26,863 nt of DNA, taken from the IMG/VR virus record IMGVR_UViG_3300006114_000054, positions 1 through 26,863 of that record. One strand, 5' to 3'. Positions within the stretch are counted from its first letter, which is position 1; each line of letters opens with the position of its first letter. A model generated the notes under the pieces. That model saw only the letters and a list, made by a program, of their open reading frames with translations, was not told where the DNA came from and searched no databases. Positions 24,001 to 26,863 of this stretch are shown here, piece by piece. A program made the position numbers and the translations under genes. The DNA comes from a virus (taxonomy: Duplodnaviria; Caudoviricetes).

Positions 24001-25014
24001 ACTTTAGCATCTTCATTGATATCCTCAGACGTAATTACATTGATAACATTTGGATCTAATATTGTAACTCCAGGTATTGCATATATGCAATTTAAAGACA
24101 TGTTAAATCGTGTAAGTTACAAACGATTGAGTGCAACTAAGCAAACAACTCTGGCACAAAATTTACATTGGAATGATACTGTTATTGTTTTAACAGATGC
24201 AAGTAATTTTGATGTTCCAAGTCCTGCAAATAATAAGCCAGGTGTTGTTGAAATCCGTGGAGAACGTATTGAATATTTTTCTAAAAACGGCAACACACTA
24301 GGTCAATTACGCAGAGGCACATTGGGCACAGGTGTGTTTACAGTGAATCTAGTAGGTACACATGTACAAGATATCGGTGGTAGCGAAACTATTCCTTATT
24401 CTGATTCTCAGACTGTAAAACAATACATAAGTGATGGCACAGATACTGTTGAATTAGATTTTATTCCAGCTAATGTGAATGAAATTGAAGTATTTGTCGG
24501 CGGATATAATACAGGAAGTGTGTGGACTAGCGGTGTTGATTACACAGTAGGAACTATTGTAAATCAAGGACCGTATACTTACAGATGTACAACTGCGCAT
24601 ACAAGTACTAATTTCTTTACAGATATTGCTAATTGGACATTCTTTATTGGAAATATACGTTTAAAGAAAGAATCATATAGCGTATTCAATATTAATAATG
24701 CTCCTGAAAGCCCAGCGGGAGATGTTACATTCCCTGCTGATTTTACAGTAGACGGAACAACTGCAAAAATAACATTGTCTAATTTGTTAGATTTTGGAAC
24801 TCAGATAACTGTAATTAAAAATACAGGTGTTGCGTGGGATAATTCTATAAGCATATTATATGATACATCCAATATTGGACAATTTTTAAGAGCAACACCG
24901 GGCATTTGGTATAGTGAGTATAAGCAGATAAGTACTACACCAACTGGAACTTTTGATAGTGCTGGAGATACTATGGACAGTAGTTCTGGCGAAACATTCG
25001 ATCAAGGACAATAA
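9067..25014 (+). CDS. Giant baseplate wedge initiator / adhesin (gp7-like core carrying CBM5/12-like, FG-GAP-like propeller, beta-sandwich and helical inserts)
   Basis: Uninterrupted 5315-aa ORF with SD GGAG (9057-9060) and an 8-nt overlap with gp6. It occupies the gp7 position. It has N-terminal LP.FY....KKFL, FYQGMIREKGT (KGT at 14614) and YVNEVKPY (VKP at 19987), which recall gp7/P2 gpI cores, plus many Thr/Ser/Asn-rich beta modules. Confidence 0.75.
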   Translation: MANNNNPLGNTGLTVNFLPKFYQSDANKKFLQATLDQLYQPGSIKKINGYVGRENAKSATGADVYLTAADASRQNYQLEPAITVTDKIGNQTFFKDYIDYINQIGTFGGNTSNHARLNKQEFYSWDPHIDWDKFVNFQNYYWMPYGPDTIKIVGQQQAITSTYTVTVESELSNNEYLFTPNGFTRNPVLKLYRGQTYTFEITSPGNPFSFKTARSPGSDDRYVTSNIDNYAVENGTITFSVPLDAPTLLFYQSESDINLGGAIEVLDITADTYIDIANDMLGKKHYKLPDGTALSNGMKLAFEGNVIPAEYAVGEFYVEGVGVAIKLIPTTILEVVNPYTEEKTIPFDSDKFDSLPFSDASGYAGSSDYIVINRTSNDRNNWSRYNHWFHKDVIATSSTYNGNPVELDQTARAIRPIIEFDADLKLANYGTTAIDDIDIIDDYTTDAFSTIEGLFAYNVDGVALAEGQRIIFTADTDRLVKNKIFKVTFVDVLHLSKGSRQIHLVEIADPVEYQVATVKFGNKYQGKTFWYNGTSWIKSQQKLTVNQAPLFDVVDENGISFGDSSVYNGTTFVGTTLFSYKTGTGLSDTALGFPLSYRNISNIGDIVFNFTLATDTFQYKQTTSLITQAINVGYLVSQTYAGKTIYENGWQTCTAPNTQAAIRIYKNSGQTNNFNIDIFDDVSNLLDLVVRVYVNGIRLSPTLWKLVTNSDYVQVQLTTDIALTDVLTIRAFAAQPINSNGYYEIPVNLQNNPLNNVMGDFTLGEVADHVNSIVDNLATTFVGTFPGDSNLRDLGNVTQYGTKFVQHSGPLSLAIYHITNQSNNIVRSLEQARDDYNSFKRNFIKTASNLGIDGDPVVITNLILQKLNKDKPNTSPYYFSDMAPYGACVVTNLTVVDYRIKQYPLSSVFTLTTLSNKAVGVYYNGIQMIYGQDYTFDNSGFIVVQDSFTLTNGSTISTYEYDSTDGSFIPATPTKLGLWPAYVPQIYTDTTLVTPRTMIQGHDGSQVLAYGDYRDDLILELEKRIYNNIKVQYDPTIFDIADVIPSYNRPNDYTLSEFNDVLAPNFYKWVQLSGRDFTKPLSYDITNPFTYNYSESNAPDGRNIPGYWRGIYQYILDTDRPNLCPWEMLGFSIMPSWWVDLYGPAPYTGDNLPMWQDISQGLVRAPGVPPVKLSKYAKPFLMQHIPVDSDGLLFSPRESGLAYGTITPSIDNNFVFGDVSPVEGAWRRSSHYPFSVLITSILLTPAKTFGLVLDRSNISRNLAGQLVYKSTNLRVRPKDIVLPSIYSSAIRVQTAGVINYIVDHILNFIFSNNIKDYNQYSTDLTTMTSQISYRVGAFTSKEQFNLLLDSKTPQSAGSVFVPQENYHVNINSSSPIRRINYSGVIITKLQAGYEVKGYSITHPYFKYYPYTQTGQSINIGGISEAYSTWTAGQQYIANSVVLYNGRFYRALSTLTAGLTFDATSFAELSSLPIIGGQNAVLRKLWDRSNPITVPYGTEFSSIQDVVDFLQGYGEWLKDQGFVFDDFNTSLNNVSNWDTSAKEFLFWTTQNWTAGEDKWSDWTPNEPVPYGTIVRYNGDYYSALYNLAASAIFDPIKYTKLDGLSTVGSSVISLSPAANKLTFNVPLAVVDNISNQFYEYEIFKVDGTPLAPLFLDSFREGNIVSYSPRTDDGIYGASFYLIQNEHVITLDNSTIFNDVIYNPESGYRQERIKVSGHVSLDWYGGLDVPGFIFDQANIQQWQPWKDYALGDIVNYQGFYYAANASIPGVQFFDATNWNQLSSRPQAELIPNWTYKATQFTDFYSLDSDNFDNQQQKMAQHLIGYQKRQYLDNIIQDDVSEFKFYQGMIREKGTQNVLNKLFNVLSSDSEESLTFYEEWAIRAGQYGAAKAFEEIEFILDEGLFRSNPQGFELVNTIDTNLKNTFIIQQTPNDVYLTPLGYNSQPWPLLTTYYPFLRSAGYVNSKEIFLSLGYLPEIVNQDITSFNEGAYIWVAFEGPSWNLYRYTDIHLSITGVSYNLSTKTLTLTTQNLTGLSVGQWIGLSQVTILQGFYQITSVKLNTFTVTANLGNFPNPFNQSNELVVYSLVSQRTNSIDNLDSILTLKLNPGELVWTDDKGDGKWASWVYNPVYTLSNVNNQAAQNQLRFGNIIAVNNKGTLAAVGSSFGEIITYDKAGTVTPWVQRQIISAPYIATNIVFLLTGSISINGNVLTTTNAVTNMIGGLIEGPGIPYGTTIISVSAGTSVTISQTSTATVSSSTFTITASQNLPTTLSTSIAFSSGGTWMASASPLAGYAATNYLGAYTSVNTSTLSAGVVVSTGSGTNIAYWQALTTVLPNHTPTSTSAYWEQIYYLPVNSYGTWSIYNSYPNNTLVVYKSKLYQSNQALYGQTTINIYGTNTSGVITADTTAGLASGYEIIFSGFSFGGIIIGAPYYIVSVLSSTTFTVSGQQGSSNLSPLTTATNSAGAMTATQQPLPSPGSNSQWTDITSQATSAYVGLDTTYYLGGPAGQGVVSLYKKDANNNYFLIDTIVSPLFVTNENFGSNLVFGTNELYVSATGYKNSSNVTVGAVYKLKYSTIIQQSTSYNPAGSSFGTLKVASTSGIRVGMSLVNPAFVSGQTVISVVDSTTLLLSGSPDSIPSGIIQFAVTGWGYDFTEFYTGSVSGGNFGSAISLSQDGSTLAISASGGTQNGLVKIYKNSGTGFSLLQTITGTDLDFGISTSISNSGTYIAISDDTATTPGFVQRGGVSVYSYANNTYSSYYSLVPHIPETNGHFGNKISFMNDYETLVVFSQYGDTRIITTFDNNKTTFDKNSTDFVYNQVNGGRIDVYDVYATKWVFSESLTKSNPVVSAGEFVINDVYQILTLGTTDFTKVGASTNAIGVTFTATGDGAGTGTAALKTNETIELDGYGSGFAVGSNHILVGLPEAVDQGYVSGRVVDYGKPENTFTWTVDHTEVDKPDVTKIKKAFLYNRITGELLTHLDVVDIAQGKVPGPADEEIMYKAFYDPAVYNTFSGSTSPNSSAAWTTDQVGQLWWDLRTAKIIDAYEDDPVYRNTNWSTLATGSTIDIYEWIGTKYKPSQWDAQADTPAGLALNISGTSLYGDNQYSIRTTYNTVTKSTVTTYYYWVKNKKFIPNVSGRHMAAQDVSSLISNPRGQGYTYLALTGPNSFSLINAKQYLSSNNVVLSIQYWTGTKTDQNIHSHWKIISDDPTTYIPTVVEQKWIDSLCGKDIAGREVPDPRLPPKIRYGIENRPRQGMFVNRFEALKQFVELTNQILAENQIVESDNIAPLETYDPQPSIISGLYDAVFSVDTDLSYASVGNFTRPSITPVVNNGKITGVVINSSGKGYITSINGTATAPFLTVNGVGEGAVVQAVLNAKGQIIGANIISPGEGYTANTTTITVRDYSALVQSDSQANGNWSIYSYDPVQQSWNRTLTQSYDVRNYWNYSDWYGSYVDTNGKTIFTATQFTVATFAVANLTGLNAINASIGDTVKVRNSNNGGWELLYKYANSTSVDWTQSYATVGIQNGTIQLSSSLYQLANTDLGFDNTIYDSTGFDKVAATELRIILNTLKNNIFTKENNLNGSYSDIFFAGVRYALSEQPYVDWIFKTSFVKAQHNVGALDRPVTYKPDNLANFEDYVNEVKPYKTKIREYVSNYNSIDPAQLPITDFDLQPIYENGVVKVIDTYVSNGKLQSQDGAVSTYPWNFWLTNAGFEVIDLKLTSNGSNYITEPQVVFTSDSGSGATARAFISNGQVSRIVLLTSGSGYLSAPTVTINGGLLQTGVAATASAIIGNSVVRGTLVGMKFDRVDSTYFITQRTKTETFTGSGSQLQFLLTWGPDITLGASTVTINNILVLRDTYKMSVLSSTASGYTTYYGMIQFNTAPVKGSSISVTYQINQALLKATDRIQYLYSPTTGELGKDLAQLMTGVDYGGVVVNGIGFKLSTGWDSLPYFTDAWDTYDETFTDYNVIVDANTNTFTLPYTPAAGVQLNLYRTQTHTDSYQSDGVTTVYNYSLSDILPYVTVVNNLATTSVTAVGSLTIAVSSTASLKLNDVVTLANYSAFSYDTTVAGINGNTVTLSNIIYEAIPQGTYITFTRTLVQPTDVIINSDGQIKLTNLSNSKILSGTIINIIGQLNPVRLDDPYYNINPFIQDLVNAFAYDTAFTVMGVTSNLQSIFVALEILDQVTTYGFDPAATAFSVTSIANEILAIPAVAANANAISTINTNLANIVGIIKQTNNGVIPTPEFPAPSGTNTGIINAGILLFDNIPYIQAEMVAYITTTYPSVNYNHASCQRDVQYVVWALIYDLTYGGNSQTTHAGLRYWLYNSVLNVEPVNYWEDVYTHFKTICLDIITNTAFSSLQNIFTQYINTGLNGGSAATTSITNNINTFLTIIGSPNKPTVTATAPTLTNASVALQNVATAILTATGLTPTYNTSAIVNTFLSNGISDSNGVVTKTFSISTPYTSIDGGASFTTLDSEIDDGGSANSNSPTVTDEGGTASSTAFIVNAGDEFIIRQTTSDGSIAPKATDYDTSLSGGDTSQLNGIYLTATGLAADDIIVDGDDLITPTTSPAPEEVVPGQVVDAVAIKVFDKPNNGAATMRTDNYIADGTTTSFALSQQPNSKGAVIVKLNDTVKTLNVDYTVDYRNRLVVFSSAPSANTQISLFSIGFNGSNILDIDHFIGDGYTTEFVSNAKWQNLITTLVYVDGVVASPQVFETNNSYDFSNAVAFRFSVAPAAGALVSFIVVAGSQQTFAITKVETVATNGATTYTLQNQIGNALPNESNMIVRVDQNILPAPVNSYFTIGSNRLNYTIDSTKFVPFAVLITNIVVYVGNVTLVQGTDYIVDLSGITVKINKSIYKTYSGQTLIVSIITNEGYTFNPATNQITFAQAYDNTHLVQVISSYQHDILNIERTAVSVTSDAELTPNSASFYYYQSAAGGLIQLDRPVINDYYVWVIKNSTLLTPTVEYKLNDDLQSITLASSLISSDVITLITFGSNIVTPGIAYMQFKDMLNRVSYKRLSATKQTTLAQNLHWNDTVIVLTDASNFDVPSPANNKPGVVEIRGERIEYFSKNGNTLGQLRRGTLGTGVFTVNLVGTHVQDIGGSETIPYSDSQTVKQYISDGTDTVELDFIPANVNEIEVFVGGYNTGSVWTSGVDYTVGTIVNQGPYTYRCTTAHTSTNFFTDIANWTFFIGNIRLKKESYSVFNINNAPESPAGDVTFPADFTVDGTTAKITLSNLLDFGTQITVIKNTGVAWDNSISILYDTSNIGQFLRATPGIWYSEYKQISTTPTGTFDSAGDTMDSSSGETFDQGQ
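15496..17877 (+). repeat. Seven FG-GAP-like beta-propeller blade repeats within the giant ORF
   Basis: FGNIIAVNNKGTLAAVG (15496), LSTSIAFSSGGTWMASA (15871), FGSNLVFGTNELYVSA (16678), FGSAISLSQDGSTLAISA (17056), FGISTSISNSGTYIAIS (17203), FGNKISFMNDYETLVVF (17377), YGSGFAVGSNHILVG (17782). Each is followed by a G-x-V/I-x-x-Y strand. Confidence 0.7.
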
Positions 25015-25017
25015 AAA

Positions 25018-26863
25018 ATGACGCAACAGACCATTAATATAGGTACAATAGCAGGGGATCACACAGGTGATAGTTTGCGTACTGCTGGACAAAAAATAAA
25101 TGCAAATTTTGCAGAATTGTATACAAGCGTAGCACAATCAGCAATTCCTGCTCAAGCAAGTAATGCCGGAAAAGTTTTAATTACTAACGGAACAAATTTT
25201 AATTGGCAACAACTTAATAATATAAGCAATGGTAATGTTAGTGTTTACGTTGATAGTTATGGTAATTTAAATATTCCAGGTAACATTATTCTTAGTAGCA
25301 CAAGTCCAAGTGTGTTATTATCTAATACTAGTTCTCTTATTGTACCAACATTAAACTTTTCAGATACTAGTATTCAAACTACTGCATATTTAGGAACTGC
25401 TACAGTAGCTCAAATAGGAGGTGTTAAACCTGACGGAAGTACAATTACTATCACTAATGGAGTCATAAGTGCAGTACCAGGAGCGTATGTGCTACCAACT
25501 GCTAGTCTAACAGTATTAGGTGGCGTCAAAGTTGATGGAAGTACAATTACTATTACTAATGGAGTTATTACTAGCCACAGTACTTACAGTTTACCTAATG
25601 CAACTAATAGTGTATTAGGCGGTGTCAAAGTTGACGGTACAACAATTACAGCTAACAATGGAGTTATTACAGCAACCGCATATTCACTACCAACTGCTAC
25701 AACAATCGCATTGGGCGGTGTTAAAGTTGATGGTACAAGCATAGCAATTAATAACGGAGTAATTAGCACAGGAGTACTAACTAGTAGTCAAGTTACATCG
25801 GCATTAGGTTTTACACCATATAATGCTACAAATCCAAACAATTATGTTTCAATAGGATCTTTTAGTGTTAGTACAAATGCGGCTAGCGGAGCAGGTAGTT
25901 TAACTTATAATAATTCAACTGGTGCTTTTACATTTACACCTCCTGCGGCTTATACATTGCCAACTGCTACAACAAGTACATTAGGTGGTGTAAAAGTTGA
26001 TGGTACAAGTGTAACAATATCTAGTGGAATTATTAGTGTTCCTGCTGTAGCTACTATTGGACAAAACAGCGGAATTGCTACTTTAGATAGCACTGGCAAA
26101 TTATCTGCTTCACAAATTCCTAGTAGTTTAACTGGAGCAGTTGTTTTCAAAGGTGCATGGAATGCAAACACAAATAATCCAACATTGGCAAACGGTACAG
26201 GTACAGCTGGTTGGGAATATGTAGTTAGTGTTGCTGGAACAGCATTGGGTTATACATTTAATCCTGGAGATTATGTAATTTATAACGGAACTACTTGGCA
26301 ACAAATTCCAAATGGTAGTACAATATCTGCTAGTACATTAACTGGCACAACGTTAGCATCTAATGTTACAAGTTCAAGTTTAACTAGTGTAGGAACATTG
26401 ACAAACTTAACAGTAACAAATACTATTAATGGAAGCATTACTGGTAATGCCGCAACAGTATCTAGTATTAGTGGAAATACATTAACTATTGGACAAGTCA
26501 CTGGAGCATTAGGTTATACTCCATTACAATCAAATAGTTTAAGTGTAGTAACTAATGCGGCTAGCGGTGCAGGTTCGTTAACATATCTTAATAATGTGTT
26601 TACATTTACACCTCCTGCGGCTTATTCATTACCGACAGCAAGTGCTTTGCAGTTAGGCGGTGTTAAAGTAGATGGAACCACTATTACAATTAGCGGAGGT
26701 ATAATTAGTTCTGCTCAATATACTTTACCAACAGCTACTACAAGTGTGTTGGGCGGTGTTAAAGTAGACGGAACTACTGTTACAATTAATAATGGAGTAA
26801 TTAGTAGTGCTAGTGCTTATTCATTACCAACAGCTACTACAAGTGTATTAGGTGGTGTTAAAG
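25018..26863 (+). CDS. Tail fibre / baseplate-attached fibre with T4 gp9/gp10-like N-terminus; 3'-truncated (>=615 aa)
   Basis: SD AAGGA (25004-25008), ATG at 25018, open to the window end by my translation. It starts MTQQTINIGTIAGDHTGDSLRTAGQKINANFAELY, matching the gp9/gp10 N-terminal motif (INIG...D.TGD.LR....KIN.NF.ELY), and continues into fibre-shaft repeats. Confidence 0.88.
   Translation, partial: MTQQTINIGTIAGDHTGDSLRTAGQKINANFAELYTSVAQSAIPAQASNAGKVLITNGTNFNWQQLNNISNGNVSVYVDSYGNLNIPGNIILSSTSPSVLLSNTSSLIVPTLNFSDTSIQTTAYLGTATVAQIGGVKPDGSTITITNGVISAVPGAYVLPTASLTVLGGVKVDGSTITITNGVITSHSTYSLPNATNSVLGGVKVDGTTITANNGVITATAYSLPTATTIALGGVKVDGTSIAINNGVISTGVLTSSQVTSALGFTPYNATNPNNYVSIGSFSVSTNAASGAGSLTYNNSTGAFTFTPPAAYTLPTATTSTLGGVKVDGTSVTISSGIISVPAVATIGQNSGIATLDSTGKLSASQIPSSLTGAVVFKGAWNANTNNPTLANGTGTAGWEYVVSVAGTALGYTFNPGDYVIYNGTTWQQIPNGSTISASTLTGTTLASNVTSSSLTSVGTLTNLTVTNTINGSITGNAATVSSISGNTLTIGQVTGALGYTPLQSNSLSVVTNAASGAGSLTYLNNVFTFTPPAAYSLPTASALQLGGVKVDGTTITISGGIISSAQYTLPTATTSVLGGVKVDGTTVTINNGVISSASAYSLPTATTSVLGGVK
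25387..26863 (+). repeat. Coding repeats of about 32-33 aa, Y-x-LPTA-x4-LGGVKVDG-x-TI-x-I-x-NGVI, 8 copies
   Basis: Units start at 25387, 25486, 25585, 25681, 25951, 26623, 26719 and 26818 (last truncated). Adjacent periods are 96-99 nt. Confidence 0.92.

Noticed and set aside
99-25014. Stop-codon reassignment (no gene here ends in TAG)
   Set aside because: All genes are full-length and tightly packed under the standard code. Six TAA and one TGA stop is unremarkable for AT-rich DNA.
9067-25014. Intein, intron or homing endonuclease explaining the giant ORF
   Set aside because: I saw no C/S...HN splice motifs with LAGLIDADG blocks, and no HNH or GIY-YIG signature. The length is accounted for by structural modules.
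47-26501. Short minus-strand and alternate-frame ORFs in the track (e.g. 47-319, 3910-4317, 21627-21875, 25584-25769, 26280-26501)
   Set aside because: They lie almost entirely within long + strand genes, show no recognisable motifs, and look like antisense shadows of biased codon usage.
25387-26863. CRISPR array or DGR template/variable repeats
   Set aside because: The repeats are in frame, degenerate at wobble positions and lack unique spacers. Differences are not confined to adenines, and no reverse transcriptase or cas gene is in the window.

Overview
An AT-rich, densely coded window from a large T4-like myovirus, probably a jumbo phage. It holds one + strand late operon for a contractile-tail baseplate. 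Gene order is tube-initiator-like protein, gp53/LysM-like protein, gp27-like hub, gp5-like spike without lysozyme, gp25, an enlarged gp6 (1170 aa), a giant 5315-aa gp7-like wedge/adhesin, and a gp9/gp10-headed repetitive fibre that runs off the 3' end (missing from the ORF track because it has no stop). At the 5' end a near-consensus sigma70 promoter (TTGACT-17-TATAAT) drives a divergent gene (MTAKV...) and directly abuts a T4-late-like ATAAATA motif. The most unusual signal is an alpha-helical insert in the giant protein that aligns in register with the bilin-binding C-x-R-D motif of phycobiliproteins. Also notable are nested domain insertions in a 7-blade propeller and six triplet motifs that may dock trimeric fibres. 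All homology calls rest on motifs recognised by eye and on gene order; no search was run.
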